Program-made: the position numbers and the translations under genes
Part shown: positions 46,976-57,499 of the stretch, one piece after another
Layout: every line of letters starts with the position of its first letter
Numbering within the stretch: position 1 is the first letter of the stretch
Source: a bacterium
GTDB taxonomy: Bacteria > Patescibacteriota > Minisyncoccia > Phycocordibacterales > CAIZLB01
Direction of reading: 5' to 3'
DNA length: 64,000 nt
Assembly: GCA_027490575.1 (NCBI GenBank)
Contig: JAIXXV010000032.1
Span: 13,211 to 77,210 of the forward strand
The notes under the pieces: generated by a model
The model's database searches: none
What the model was told of the DNA's origin: nothing
The model's input: the letters and a program-made list of their open reading frames with translations, nothing else

Positions 46976-47728
46976 ATGTCAGAAAACATGAAAAGCGCGT
47001 TCCTTACATACATCATGCTAGGTTTTACCAGCTTGATGGCCCAATACAACATCATAGTAGACGCAAGTCTGCAGATGGCCACCCTCTTCCAGGATGGCAA
47101 AATAGTTCAAGGTTTTGCCGAAATACCCATTGCCACCGGCATGCTAGGGCACGAGACCCCGGAGGGTACATGGAGTGTGCTGTCAGCTAAAGCCAGCGAC
47201 CGATCCAACAAATTTGGAGTGAATATGCCTTACTGCTTCAGAACCAACGCGATTGGTGGTGGTATCTGCATGCATGAAGGGCCGGTTTATCCAGGAGCAG
47301 CATCACACGGGTGCATTCGTATTCGTCACGACTTCGCCAAAAATCTTTTTGATAAAGTTGGCGATAACTGGAAATCTATGAAGATTGTAGTGGTTGGGTC
47401 AATTAAGGATTACATCAAGACAAGACTTGGTGGACTGGTGAGCTTTGACAAAGACGGTAGACCTGTAAAGTTTATCAGGGATTCGTCAGGTAGGCTTCCA
47501 GATGAGTTCCTAAAAGCTCTACATGACGGAAGAGTTACGCTCTTCTGCGAGAATAAAAGTGGTACGATTTCATTTGACCAAAATCAATGGTTCATATCGC
47601 TTGAATTTTGGCAAGACAAGAGGTTAAAAGGAGTGACTCTATCAGAGCTACAATCAAGATTTGGCCAAAGGGTTAACCTCACTGAGAACCAAATCAAAGA
47701 ACTTCACAGGAGAGTTGAAAGGTATTAG
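46976..47728 (+). CDS. L,D-transpeptidase (YkuD domain) family protein
   Basis: GHETPEGTW...GGGICMHEGPVYPGAASHGCIRIRHD matches the L,D-TPase catalytic H...SHGC(I/V)R motif. Confidence 0.75.
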   Translation: MSENMKSAFLTYIMLGFTSLMAQYNIIVDASLQMATLFQDGKIVQGFAEIPIATGMLGHETPEGTWSVLSAKASDRSNKFGVNMPYCFRTNAIGGGICMHEGPVYPGAASHGCIRIRHDFAKNLFDKVGDNWKSMKIVVVGSIKDYIKTRLGGLVSFDKDGRPVKFIRDSSGRLPDEFLKALHDGRVTLFCENKSGTISFDQNQWFISLEFWQDKRLKGVTLSELQSRFGQRVNLTENQIKELHRRVERY

Positions 47729-47748
47729 TTACCAAATCAACCCTCAGA

Positions 47749-47778
47749 GGCGCCGCCCAAAAGGTGGCGCTTTTTTTA
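47749..47778 (+). terminator. rho-independent terminator
   Basis: GGCGCCGCC-CAAAA-GGTGGCGC followed by TTTTTTTAAT. Confidence 0.6.
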
Positions 47779-47903
47779 ATGCACTGATTTTTATCTCGTA
47801 CGATTTATATAAAAAACCTATTGATAAATATAAAAAACCGCCCACTCCACGAATGGAGCAGACGGGCTTTGAGGGTATCTAAAGTCCTCACACCTAGAGA
47901 CAA

Positions 47904-48356
47904 CTACCAGAACCCTGGCTGGCACCCGCCACCAATACCACTACGGTCTGGATTCTGGTTGTAGATGTACTGCAGCTGGCCATAAGGATTCTGTGACCCG
48001 ATATGCGGTATAGGTCCACCACCGTGTAGATAGATAGGGTGACCAGATCTGGAGAATCCTCCGAATACCTGACCGCCTCCCCATCCACCAAAGCCTTGGT
48101 TGAAACCTTGGTTGATCCAAGGGTCAGCACAAGCACCGACAGGTGCAAGGCCTACACCGTCAAAGACAGGAAACCCGTCATCACAGATGACTGCACCTCC
48201 TCCGAAGCCATCGTCTAGAACGAGACAACTCGGCAAAGCCAAGCTACACACCAAAGCCATCAAGACAAGCTTGATTGCCTTTAGGAAGCGCACTGACCGC
48301 GAGACCAAGGGTAGCCGAGCTCCAGTGACAACACAACTGACTGATTTGTTTTTCAT
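47904..48356 (-). CDS. hypothetical Gly-rich lipoprotein, GC-rich
   Basis: Signal peptide ending LALPSC (lipobox-like); GFGGGA/GGWGGG repeats; own minus-strand terminator at 47831-47867. Confidence 0.4.
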   Translation of the reverse strand: MKNKSVSCVVTGARLPLVSRSVRFLKAIKLVLMALVCSLALPSCLVLDDGFGGGAVICDDGFPVFDGVGLAPVGACADPWINQGFNQGFGGWGGGQVFGGFSRSGHPIYLHGGGPIPHIGSQNPYGQLQYIYNQNPDRSGIGGGCQPGFW

Positions 48357-48581
48357 ACTGACAACCCGCCTTTCAACCGGGTTCGAGCAAGGTTTTTTAG
48401 ACCCACTCTTTTGGTTTGGTTTTTGATTTCGATTTGATACCAATGTCTGACATTTTCACGCCAAATAAAGTTGGTATATTTCAAGCGAACACTGCCCCTA
48501 AAGAAGAATGCTCGTAACTAACCTGTAAAAATATTGCATTAGTTGAGACTAACTGTCAACCCCAACTTAGCCTGACACCGA

Positions 48582-48863
48582 TTATTTAAAACCGCCCATC
48601 ACAGCACCCTCCTCTTTCAATATCTCAATCTTCTTTTCCTTTCCCCTATTGTACCCGCCCGCCTTACCATCCGACCTGACAACTCTATGACACGGTACAG
48701 CAGTATTGTAGTTTTTGTTTAATATATTTCCCACAGCACGAAAAGCATTTGGACTTCCAGCACGAAGAGCCACCTCTTTATAAGTCAAAGTCTTGCCTTT
48801 TGGTATGGACCTGACAGCATCGTATACGCTTTCAGAAAAAGTTTTTATTGTTTGAGACTTCAT
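48582..48863 (-). CDS. MGMT-family DNA-binding domain protein (O6-alkylguanine-DNA alkyltransferase C-terminal domain only, PCHR motif)
   Basis: 93 aa; SIPKGKTLTYKEVA...PCHRVV canonical active-site motif. Confidence 0.75.
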   Translation of the reverse strand: MKSQTIKTFSESVYDAVRSIPKGKTLTYKEVALRAGSPNAFRAVGNILNKNYNTAVPCHRVVRSDGKAGGYNRGKEKKIEILKEEGAVMGGFK

Positions 48864-48979
48864 CGTTATTATTTTTTATAAAATTATCTCATTGTTTCGC
48901 GAGGGTTTGGCACAGCCCGCCCTTTTTTCTCTCACATACAGTCATCCTTTTTTTCTTTCGCCTTTTTTCTTTCGCTCAT

Positions 48980-49726
48980 TTACCCCCTAGTCCCAACATA
49001 ATCCGCCTCCACCACATATCTATCATTCTTTGTTCCAAAACTATCACATGTCGATATGGTTAGCATATTTCTTGTTGTATCAAACTTTATCAAAGCTTCG
49101 TTTTTGTCTACCTTATTAACACTTTTTACTTTGTATACAAAAGTAGTACTACCTGATTGCAAAAGTATCTCGTCGCCAGCTCTCACTTTGTGGAGCTCAT
49201 TGAAAACCCTATATGCTTGGTTTTGCACAACTCTAAAACCAGTACTATGCCCGAAGATAAACATATTACCTTTTCCTATAGACCCTGATCCAGGATATCG
49301 CACAGCTCCCTTTTTAAGCTCATTATCAAGTACGGTAATACTAGTTGAGCTAGGATTTTTTACTATAGTGTTTATATCAAGTGAAGGTACTATCAATCTA
49401 TCTGGCACAATGATTTTTCCGTCACCAATACCTGGGCCACTTGTTCCACCAGAACTATTGGCGTCTGAAGATTGAGCAGATGGATTTGTTGAGTTTAGTA
49501 TTCCCAAGGCTGAATGACCCGGTCTATCACCCGCCAAAGGCTCCTGTCCTGAAGTAGGATTATTGAAAAGAGTGTCTACGATGCCGCCATCGGAGCTTTG
49601 TCTAAGTTCACTCGGCAATAAGCCTGTGACAGCCAATAACAAAGCCGATCCTAAAAATACCATGGCAAAAAAACCGATAAATCGGACCTCATTAGTTGAA
49701 AATATATTTTTGAACCATTTTTCCAT
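48980..49726 (-). CDS. sortase (class A/E-like transpeptidase)
   Basis: N-terminal TM anchor; GAVRYPGSGSIGKGNMFIFGHST (His region), LTISTCD (TLxTC catalytic Cys), C-terminal Arg; start at MEKWFKN. Confidence 0.75.
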   Translation of the reverse strand: MEKWFKNIFSTNEVRFIGFFAMVFLGSALLLAVTGLLPSELRQSSDGGIVDTLFNNPTSGQEPLAGDRPGHSALGILNSTNPSAQSSDANSSGGTSGPGIGDGKIIVPDRLIVPSLDINTIVKNPSSTSITVLDNELKKGAVRYPGSGSIGKGNMFIFGHSTGFRVVQNQAYRVFNELHKVRAGDEILLQSGSTTFVYKVKSVNKVDKNEALIKFDTTRNMLTISTCDSFGTKNDRYVVEADYVGTRG

Positions 49727-49873
49727 ATTATTTATATGTATTTTATATGAGCTATGTTTATACAAGTATTTTAAACAAGCGTTTATAAGAGTATTATAGC
49801 CCAACCTTTACCTGTATTATAGCCCGAATCCCAAAGATTGACAATATATCTATATATGATATAATTTATTTAT

Positions 49874-51127
49874 ATGAAAAACTTTATTAAAATCATTATC
49901 ATAGTAGCAATACTGGTTATACTGGTATTTCTAAGTGTTGGTATAGTGCGTATTGTACCTAGAGTAGTGTCTTCCCTAGCCTCAGCTACGGTGTCACTTG
50001 GCTCATTTTTTACTGGTGGTTCAGACAGCAATGCCACTTCAACTTCAAGTAGTGGTAACAGTACTAACAATAATGGTACTCAAACATCTACATCTACAAG
50101 TGGAAATGGTTTTGTAGTGATTAATGGAACATCAACAAATTCTAGCAATGAAGATGATAGATCATTGGTCAATATACTTAGACCAAACAATACTTCAGGG
50201 CAACCTACTCAAGGTTCAAACAATTCAAACACTTCGAATGTAAAGAACTCTGTAAACAATTCTGCAAACGCAGGTACAGGCAACGTCTCTTATGTTGCAA
50301 ATACATGTACTAACGGTCGTGTATCTGATCTTGCCGTGAGAGTGCTTTCTCGTGGTGTTATGAACAAGGCTACAGGTCAATACATAGAGACCAACTCATT
50401 TACATCAGCTGACACTGTCATCGTAAAGTTTATAGCTGAAAACAGAGGAAGCTGTCCTACGGGCACATGGAGTCTAAGAGTAGACATGCCATCACAAAAC
50501 ACAGCTGATAGAGTTAGAAATATAGTAAACGTAGCTAGTCTTCCTGCTGGTTCTACAGTAACAGGTGAAGTTAACTTCACTACACCTGTAGTTGGAAATT
50601 CAAATGTAACTCTAACAGTAACTGATAACTCAGGTAGAGATTCAAATCTTTCAAACAATACAGTACCGACTTCGATTACGACTATTGCTACTAACACAGG
50701 TACAAATCCTGGAACACCTATCACAGGTGATGGAAGACCTGACCTGGCAGTGCGAATACTTAGAATGGGTACACTTGGATTCAATAACCAATTCGTCCCT
50801 ATCGCAAATACTTCATCTAACTTCGGCGGTAACTTCAGAGTTGGTGAAAGAGTTGCAGTACAATTTGAAGTCATTAACCAAGGACAAACACCTACTGGTG
50901 CATGGACATGGAGAGCTGACTCTGTAGCATTTCAAAATGGAAGCTATACAAACAATCAGTATGAAAATTCAATCCCTGCAGGAGGCAGACTTGTATACAC
51001 TATTGGATTTGATAGTCAGACTATAGGTACAAACAATATCTCTGTCACAGCAGATCATTTGAACCAAGTAAATGAGTTCAATGAATCAAACAATATCGCT
51101 GGTGTTAGTTTCAATGTTGGATACTAA
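49874..51127 (+). CDS. membrane-anchored surface protein with two CARDB-like domains
   Basis: N-terminal TM; Ser/Thr/Asn-rich linker; two modules starting (R)PDLAVR and ending E.NE.NN, the CARDB hallmark. Confidence 0.55.
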   Translation: MKNFIKIIIIVAILVILVFLSVGIVRIVPRVVSSLASATVSLGSFFTGGSDSNATSTSSSGNSTNNNGTQTSTSTSGNGFVVINGTSTNSSNEDDRSLVNILRPNNTSGQPTQGSNNSNTSNVKNSVNNSANAGTGNVSYVANTCTNGRVSDLAVRVLSRGVMNKATGQYIETNSFTSADTVIVKFIAENRGSCPTGTWSLRVDMPSQNTADRVRNIVNVASLPAGSTVTGEVNFTTPVVGNSNVTLTVTDNSGRDSNLSNNTVPTSITTIATNTGTNPGTPITGDGRPDLAVRILRMGTLGFNNQFVPIANTSSNFGGNFRVGERVAVQFEVINQGQTPTGAWTWRADSVAFQNGSYTNNQYENSIPAGGRLVYTIGFDSQTIGTNNISVTADHLNQVNEFNESNNIAGVSFNVGY

Positions 51128-51193
51128 TTTACAGGTAAACATCTTCTCCATAAGTACGGCGCTATAAAAATCCAATATCTTACATAAAAAATA

Positions 51194-51232
51194 AGTAAAC
51201 CTCAGTAGAAATACTGGGGGTTTACTTTTTTG
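51194..51232 (+). terminator. rho-independent terminator
   Basis: GTAAACC...GGGGGTTTAC followed by TTTTTTG. Confidence 0.5.
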
Positions 51233-51416
51233 TATCTGTATGACAACATTATGTTCAGAAAGCGACTGAAAAGTTGCAATCTCTGAGCATAGCCTTATGG
51301 GCCGTATCCTCAGGGGTATAGCTTAAATGGTCAAATGTTCTGTTAAAAGTTCAACAAATTCAACAAAAATCAAACCGAGCGAAAGCTCACGGCCTTTAGA
51401 AAGGGGCCTTTAGTAT

Positions 51417-52052
51417 ATGAGCAATGACAATGTTACTGGTATTGATTGTACAAATTGTGCTAAGGCCAAGCTAGCCGCTTGGTTTATGCAACAGTGGATA
51501 AACGAACATGTAGGTCACTACATCTCGTGTGATCCAATGCAACTTGAAGGCAGGGTTTGGTGGCAACAACTGTCATCGAAGACAGCAATCATTTCGTTTA
51601 TAATTCTTGTGGCATTTTGTTTAGTGACCGCATTTATTGGACCCGAGGAGACTGAAAAGCTGCGCTTTTTGGTAACTTACGGATTGTTCGTATTGTGCTT
51701 GCTAGCAGTGTCATTCATCGGCAACCTTGCCTTCATGACCTCTCAAGAACACATTGCAATGACATTGGCTTGGATGAAACACTTCAAGCACCTGTCTAAG
51801 ACCAGGGCATACTTGTTCTTGGTCCAACAAATGAAAGTACCGAAAGCGAATAGGCAACCGGGTTTCTGCAGGGAAACTCAGAACAAGTTCGAAGAACGGT
51901 TGCGTGCTGAGTTAGCCGATCTTGCAGGCAGATCCAGAAAAGGTAAACCAGGTTCAGCTGGACCATGCCACAAAACAAGCAAAGAGTTCAGGCACAAGCG
52001 AGAGGCCGCTGAAGCATTCGGTATTGTGGCGCGCTCTACTGGTACACCCTGA
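51417..52052 (+). CDS. hypothetical membrane protein (2 TM), GC-richer
   Basis: 211-aa ORF; CxxC at the N-terminus, two hydrophobic helices, basic C-terminal tail; own terminator. Confidence 0.4.
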   Translation: MSNDNVTGIDCTNCAKAKLAAWFMQQWINEHVGHYISCDPMQLEGRVWWQQLSSKTAIISFIILVAFCLVTAFIGPEETEKLRFLVTYGLFVLCLLAVSFIGNLAFMTSQEHIAMTLAWMKHFKHLSKTRAYLFLVQQMKVPKANRQPGFCRETQNKFEERLRAELADLAGRSRKGKPGSAGPCHKTSKEFRHKREAAEAFGIVARSTGTP

Positions 52053-52068
52053 GTAAGTAATGGTACGA

Positions 52069-52101
52069 CATGCCGTGTGGAAAACCCACACGGCATTTTT
52101 A
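52069..52101 (+). terminator. rho-independent terminator
   Basis: CATGCCGTGTGG-AAAA-CCCACACGGCAT followed by TTTTT. Confidence 0.65.
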
Positions 52102-52179
52102 TGTATTTAAAACTTGTGTATAAATAGTATTTTTAGTGGTGCAACATTATTACACAACTATGCCAGTCTATGGATCAAA

Positions 52180-54363
52180 CTAGAAATCAATATTAGCCAT
52201 CTTGGCATTTGTTTGGATGAATGTTTTTCTTGAAGGAACGTCATTACCCATCAACACTTCGATGATTTTGTCAGCATCAACCGCATCTTCAACAGTAACC
52301 TGCTTCAATACTCTCTGTTTGATGTCCATAGTAGTTTCTCCAAGCTCTTCGGCATTCATTTCTCCAAGACCCTTGTAACGTTGGATATGAATCTTTGATG
52401 ATTTTACCTTTTCCTTATCACCTTTACCTTTTTTCTTTGCAGAAGTTTCTCCTTCCTCACCCTCTTCTTCTGATTCTTCTTCGTCACCTTCATTTTCACC
52501 AGACCCATCCTCCACTTCTTGGACCTCACTGATATCTACTCCCTCCTTTTTCAAGAAAGTATTTTTTTCATCATCGTTGTAGAAATAGTGAACCTCTTTA
52601 CCTTTCTTAACCTTGTACAAAGGTGGTTGAGCAATATATACAAAACCTCCGTCGATAAGTGGTCTGAAATATCTGTACATCAAAGTAAGGATAAGTGTAC
52701 GAATGTGTGCACCGTCAACGTCGGCATCGGTTGCTATGATGATCTTGTGGTATCGAAGTCTCGATATATCAAATGTGTCACCAATAGCAGTACCAAGTGC
52801 GATGACTAAGTTTCGGATCTGCTCTGAAGCAAGCATCTTGTCGAGTCTGGCTCTCTCGATGTTTAGGATCTTACCTCGCAAAGGCAAGACCGCTTGAGTA
52901 CGTCTGTCACGTCCCATCTTTGCTGTACCACCCGCTGAGTCTCCCTCCACTATGAAGAGCTCTGACTCCTCTGCTCGTTTACTTTGGCAGTCTGCGAGCT
53001 TACCAGGGAGTGTCATGCCTTCTAGTGCACCCTTTCTAAGAACTGAGTCCTTTGCAGCTTTAGCAGCCTTTCTAGCTCTTAGGGCAAGAAGTCCTTTGTT
53101 AATGATAGCCTTAGCATCGTCTGGATTCTCCTCCATGAACTCACTAAATGCTTCTGCGAATACAGACGCTGTAGCAGCTTGTGCCTCAGTCGATCCAAGC
53201 TTGGCTTTTGTCTGACCTTCGAATTGGATTTCAGGTAGTTTTACAGAAACAACAGCAACCAAGCCTTCCAGTACGTCTTCACCCGCTAGGTTATCTTCTG
53301 ACTCTTTTATCAGATTATTTTTCTTTGCGTACTGGTTGATAGTACGAGTAAGTGCTGTACGAAAACCTGCTATATGAGTACCCCCCTCTGAGTTGTATGT
53401 ATTGTTGGCGAATGCAACTATCTTTGTATTGATATCGTCTACATACTGAAGTGCTACCTCTACAAACACACTAGCGTTTCGAGCTTGATTGGCATCAGCA
53501 GAACCTTTCTCAAGTACGTACTCTTTGTCTGTATGGAAAATGTTTTTATGGACCGCCTTTTGAGTTCGGTTATAAAAAGCCACAAGCGATCGTAGTCCTC
53601 CTTCAAAGAAGAATGTCATAGACGGAACATCAAGACCTGCTTCTTTTACAAAATATGCATCGTCTTCTTTTGGATCCAAAATCTTTTCTATAGCTTTTGC
53701 ATCATATCCACGTGCATCAACGACGTTTATCTCAACACCTCTCACAAGGTACGCTTGCTGTCGCAGGTGGTTAACAATCTTACTCCAGTCAAAGTTTATA
53801 CCTTCTTTGAAAATCTCAACGTCTGGCTTAAACATCACAACTGTTCCATGTCTCTTTGATGTACCAATCTTCTTAGTAGGAGCTTTAGGCTTACCTATAT
53901 TGTACTCTTGCATGTGAAGACCTCCGTCTTGGTGAACTACAACTTTTGTATGCACTGACAAAGCATTTACAACCGATGCACCTACACCGTGAAGACCTCC
54001 AGAAACCTTGTATGCATTGTTATCGAACTTACCTCCGGCGTGAAGAACGGTCATGATTGTCTCCAGTGCAGAAACTTTTGTCTTTGGGTGAATACCTACG
54101 GGAATACCGTTACCATTGTCAGCAACACGAACATAACCATCCGGCAAAAGCGCTACCTCTATATGACTACATCTACCTGCCATAGCCTCATCTCTGGCAT
54201 TGTCAAAAATCTCCCAGATCAAGTGGTGAAGACCCTCAGGACCTGTTGTACCAATGTACATACCAGGACGCTTTCGTACGGGTTCTAGGCCCTCTAGGAC
54301 CGTGATCGACGATGCGTCATATACGTCCTCTTTCTTTGTTTTTTTGGTTTCTTCTTTTGCCAT
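52180..54363 (-). CDS. gyrB: DNA gyrase subunit B
   Basis: GHKL ATPase N-terminus (LEGLEPVRKRPGMYIGTT...LHHLIWEIFDNARDE), TOPRIM (EGDSAGG), PLRGKILN; acidic insertion near the C-terminus. Confidence 0.95.
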   Translation of the reverse strand: MAKEETKKTKKEDVYDASSITVLEGLEPVRKRPGMYIGTTGPEGLHHLIWEIFDNARDEAMAGRCSHIEVALLPDGYVRVADNGNGIPVGIHPKTKVSALETIMTVLHAGGKFDNNAYKVSGGLHGVGASVVNALSVHTKVVVHQDGGLHMQEYNIGKPKAPTKKIGTSKRHGTVVMFKPDVEIFKEGINFDWSKIVNHLRQQAYLVRGVEINVVDARGYDAKAIEKILDPKEDDAYFVKEAGLDVPSMTFFFEGGLRSLVAFYNRTQKAVHKNIFHTDKEYVLEKGSADANQARNASVFVEVALQYVDDINTKIVAFANNTYNSEGGTHIAGFRTALTRTINQYAKKNNLIKESEDNLAGEDVLEGLVAVVSVKLPEIQFEGQTKAKLGSTEAQAATASVFAEAFSEFMEENPDDAKAIINKGLLALRARKAAKAAKDSVLRKGALEGMTLPGKLADCQSKRAEESELFIVEGDSAGGTAKMGRDRRTQAVLPLRGKILNIERARLDKMLASEQIRNLVIALGTAIGDTFDISRLRYHKIIIATDADVDGAHIRTLILTLMYRYFRPLIDGGFVYIAQPPLYKVKKGKEVHYFYNDDEKNTFLKKEGVDISEVQEVEDGSGENEGDEEESEEEGEEGETSAKKKGKGDKEKVKSSKIHIQRYKGLGEMNAEELGETTMDIKQRVLKQVTVEDAVDADKIIEVLMGNDVPSRKTFIQTNAKMANIDF

Positions 54364-54516
54364 TGATTTGAAAGTTTTCTTGAAAGTGTTGATAATTTAT
54401 ACCGTTATATTATAACAGATTGCGGACATTTGGTGGTTATTGACATGATGGTGGTTTGTTGTACTATGTCGTAGGTTCTCAATAATGTTCCTAAAAATCT
54501 AACCCGGGAGGTATTT

Positions 54517-55074
54517 ATGCCGATTAATACGAATTATAGAGTTTATGACAGTTTTTCTCAAGGTGACAGGAGGTTGTTCTCAATGATATTAAGGTTTTGT
54601 CTGGAAATACAAAACAATCTGATTGAAAAGTCTAAGTCTGGTAAGGAAATTCCTAGCTGGGAGTGTCACACAATGGCAAGATTGGTCCACCTAGCCTATC
54701 CTTCTACAATTGTTACCGATGGAAGAATGGTCGGCTTCAAAAGGATTGAAATGTTTTCAAAGCCTGGCGAACCTGAGGGTGAACTTGTACCGAGTATGTC
54801 AGCTGAATTCTCTGTACCAAGAACGACATTGAGAATGTTTACATGTGCTCACTCTTGGTTAAAAACACCGGATGGGAACATTATTGATGTCTATCCATGC
54901 GGTATCTATGCAATAGGACCTATAATGGTTACCGCCGACGATACTTACGGACATTTTGGTGCAAACCAGTACCAAGAGCTTGCTGAAGCAAAAGGCCAGT
55001 TCGATGAAGAGGGATCCCTTAGCACAGCAAAGAAATTGCTAGAAATTGCAGGGATTACTTATCCAGTCGTCTGA
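54517..55074 (+). CDS. hypothetical protein (possible Cys/His/Asp transglutaminase-like fold)
   Basis: 185 aa; CHTMARLVH ... CAHSWLKTPDGNIIDV arrangement loosely resembles transglutaminase-like Cys...HxW...D; own promoter and terminator. Confidence 0.35.
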   Translation: MPINTNYRVYDSFSQGDRRLFSMILRFCLEIQNNLIEKSKSGKEIPSWECHTMARLVHLAYPSTIVTDGRMVGFKRIEMFSKPGEPEGELVPSMSAEFSVPRTTLRMFTCAHSWLKTPDGNIIDVYPCGIYAIGPIMVTADDTYGHFGANQYQELAEAKGQFDEEGSLSTAKKLLEIAGITYPVV

Positions 55075-55110
55075 TAGCATTCCTAAGTATACAGCCCCGA
55101 TGAGCAAATC

Positions 55111-55141
55111 GGCCGCACTCCACCCGGAGTGCGGTTTTTTA
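55111..55141 (+). terminator. rho-independent terminator
   Basis: CCGCACTCC-ACCC-GGAGTGCGG followed by TTTTTT. Confidence 0.7.
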
Positions 55142-55329
55142 ATTCAGTATTTTTAAAATTGTTACTGGTATCGGGACTCAAGATGATGCAAAAGACCTTT
55201 GGTTCACAGGTCAATACAAAACATACCTCTTTTAGAAAATCATGCTAAAATAACAATTGCTAGATCTTTTCACTAAAACATTCTCAGTAGAATACAAAAT
55301 AAACATCGAAACAAAAGGAGGACTAAATA

Positions 55330-55992
55330 ATGAAATCAAAAAAGTACCCTTATTTGATCACACAGGCACAACAATGCATTGTATTCATGGCAATCCCGAA
55401 AAGCCGTGAAGGTGGCAGTCTAACTGAAATCGATCAAAATAGATTGCAGGCTGTTACCAGAAGGGTTGTTGCAGACATCCTAATTCGGACAGTTTTAGGG
55501 ACTGACAGCTACGCATTGCGCAAAAATCTGCTCATGAGGCAATCACGGATAGTCGATACCTGCGGCGGACCGGATATCAGCACCACCTGCGGCATCGTTT
55601 GCATGGAGGTTGCAAAATCAGAATCCCAAATATTTCAATTTGAACCTTGCGGTGAAGGTCTGAGTGATAACCCTGAACATTTTGCTGCACTTGAAGAGTT
55701 TATCAAAGGCTGCTTTTCAACCGGGTCGATTGCTGAAGGGTCACTAGCTATGTTTACATGGATCCCCGTCAAAATGCGAACAGAAGAGCGAGGTACACTG
55801 ACAGATGGTATCTACAGCTATCCAGTACACAGCTTTCTCAAGGAAGTCTTCCCTGACGCAAGCAAAGGCATGGATTTCATTAAGCTGATGAGGCTCTGTT
55901 ACGCTGATGACCCGCATGCGATAGTCGTCTACCCAGACACAGAGCGAGTAGCATTGATGACAGAGTTTACCACCGAAAGGCTTTCATACTGA
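55330..55992 (+). CDS. hypothetical protein, GC-richer
   Basis: 220-aa ORF with an AAGGAGG RBS; Cys-rich; no family recognised. Confidence 0.45.
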   Translation: MKSKKYPYLITQAQQCIVFMAIPKSREGGSLTEIDQNRLQAVTRRVVADILIRTVLGTDSYALRKNLLMRQSRIVDTCGGPDISTTCGIVCMEVAKSESQIFQFEPCGEGLSDNPEHFAALEEFIKGCFSTGSIAEGSLAMFTWIPVKMRTEERGTLTDGIYSYPVHSFLKEVFPDASKGMDFIKLMRLCYADDPHAIVVYPDTERVALMTEFTTERLSY

Positions 55993-56008
55993 TTTCAATC
56001 TACCCCTT

Positions 56009-56042
56009 GCCGGTCACCAATCACACGGTGACCGGCTTTTTA
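56009..56042 (+). terminator. rho-independent terminator
   Basis: GCCGGTCACC-AATCACAC-GGTGACCGGC followed by TTTTTA. Confidence 0.7.
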
Positions 56043-56119
56043 TTTTATTTTTATTTTATCTAGAACATGTAGTCCTGCATATAGACGGGTGCATTCTGCG
56101 CACATTTATAAGAATAAGA

Positions 56120-56920
56120 CTAGGCCTTAGTCGCCTCAATACACATAAACAATGGGATCTCCTTTCTTGCCAAATCTTCTATCTTTGCCTTTGGGCCACT
56201 TTGACTCTTTTTATGTGATGACCATTCTTCAAGCTTTGTTATTGAAAAGCCGTTCTTTGTAAGCCATTTTACAAAAACCTGTAGAGGTCTGTGATATGAC
56301 ACTGTGTATTGTTTTAAGTCTTTCTTGTGAGAAGGCACGCTTGGATTCATATCTATCTTTATCATTCCTTCACTTAGATATCTGTATACTACCCTGCCTT
56401 GTTTGCCGATATTTGGATCATCGCCCACTCTTTTGCTTTCATTGAAATACCAATCAGAACTTTGGGGTATGCGAAACGATGGATGGTTTAGAACCAAAAC
56501 AAGTCTTCCACCTTTAGCTAATACACGTGAAGTTTCTTTAAAAACAATATCAAGCTCTTGGATATTTTGAGCAGCTAGTATGCAAATTGCCACATCCATT
56601 GAGCCTGTTGCGATCTTTGATAGATCATGAGCTGGAGAAACTAAAAATCTAGCGTTCTTGTGATTCATCTTTATGGACTGCTCTTTTGCCATAGATACCA
56701 ACTCAGATGATATATCTAACCCTACCAGACTTTTAACCTCAGGTGCGAATTGCATACTAAAAAAACCTTGTCCACAGGCAATATCTAACAATGACTGATT
56801 CTTGTTCAGAGAAAGTATCCTCTTTAGATTCGGAAGGATTACCTTGTTTTGATAAGAGTCCTCATCTTTTAAATACTGATCGTACCAATTCGCTACACCA
56901 CCCCATGAAGTTTTTGACAT
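56120..56920 (-). CDS. class I SAM-dependent methyltransferase
   Basis: Motif I LLDIACGQGFF, motif post-II/III (AICILA; LAKGGRLVLV). Confidence 0.7.
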   Translation of the reverse strand: MSKTSWGGVANWYDQYLKDEDSYQNKVILPNLKRILSLNKNQSLLDIACGQGFFSMQFAPEVKSLVGLDISSELVSMAKEQSIKMNHKNARFLVSPAHDLSKIATGSMDVAICILAAQNIQELDIVFKETSRVLAKGGRLVLVLNHPSFRIPQSSDWYFNESKRVGDDPNIGKQGRVVYRYLSEGMIKIDMNPSVPSHKKDLKQYTVSYHRPLQVFVKWLTKNGFSITKLEEWSSHKKSQSGPKAKIEDLARKEIPLFMCIEATKA

Positions 56921-56966
56921 TAATTCTTAATTGCTATCTGATAACTGTTATCTGCTACCTGTAACC
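56921..56966. repeat. 7-nt periodic array abutting the methyltransferase start codon
   Basis: Minus strand ACAGGTA GCAGATA ACAGTTA TCAGATA GCAATTA AGAATTA-ATG; no Shine-Dalgarno. Confidence 0.6.
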
Positions 56967-56972
56967 GTTTTG

Positions 56973-57422
56973 TTATTTTACTGCGTTGACTGCTTTGTTT
57001 GCTACTTTCTTGGCAACCTTAGTAGCCTTTTTTACTGTCTTCTTGGCAACTTTAGAACCTACAGAAAGTTCTTTTTTAATATTTTTCCAGTGACTCTTAA
57101 GCTCATTTGCAATAGACTGAACCTCAGTTGTATCAATGTTTTTAACATTTTGATAACGAGTCATAACGGCATCTACAGCTTTGTTGTACAAGTCTTCATT
57201 CACCTCCTTTAGAGATTCTACTTTTTGAAGAACCTCGCCCTTAGCTTTTAGGGCCCATCCTTTTACTTGTTTTATCTTCTTTTGAGCTGGTTTGTTGCCG
57301 TGTATAAAGTAAGCACCTGCAATAGCTGCAGCGGCAAGTCCCCCTAGTATTGCTAGACCGTGACCAGAACCATTATCTGAAGCTTTTGCTGTCTTGTTTG
57401 TTTTTGAATTATTTTTTGGCAT
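56973..57422 (-). CDS. YtxH-like membrane-anchored coiled-coil protein
   Basis: GLAILGGLAAAAIAGAYF TM followed by a Lys-rich coiled coil; resembles the YtxH/general stress family. Confidence 0.4.
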   Translation of the reverse strand: MPKNNSKTNKTAKASDNGSGHGLAILGGLAAAAIAGAYFIHGNKPAQKKIKQVKGWALKAKGEVLQKVESLKEVNEDLYNKAVDAVMTRYQNVKNIDTTEVQSIANELKSHWKNIKKELSVGSKVAKKTVKKATKVAKKVANKAVNAVK

Positions 57423-57499
57423 ATGTTTATTTGTTTATGAGTTTATTATATCACATATAAAAAGCATACACCGCAAACTCCCACTATCAGACCGACACA

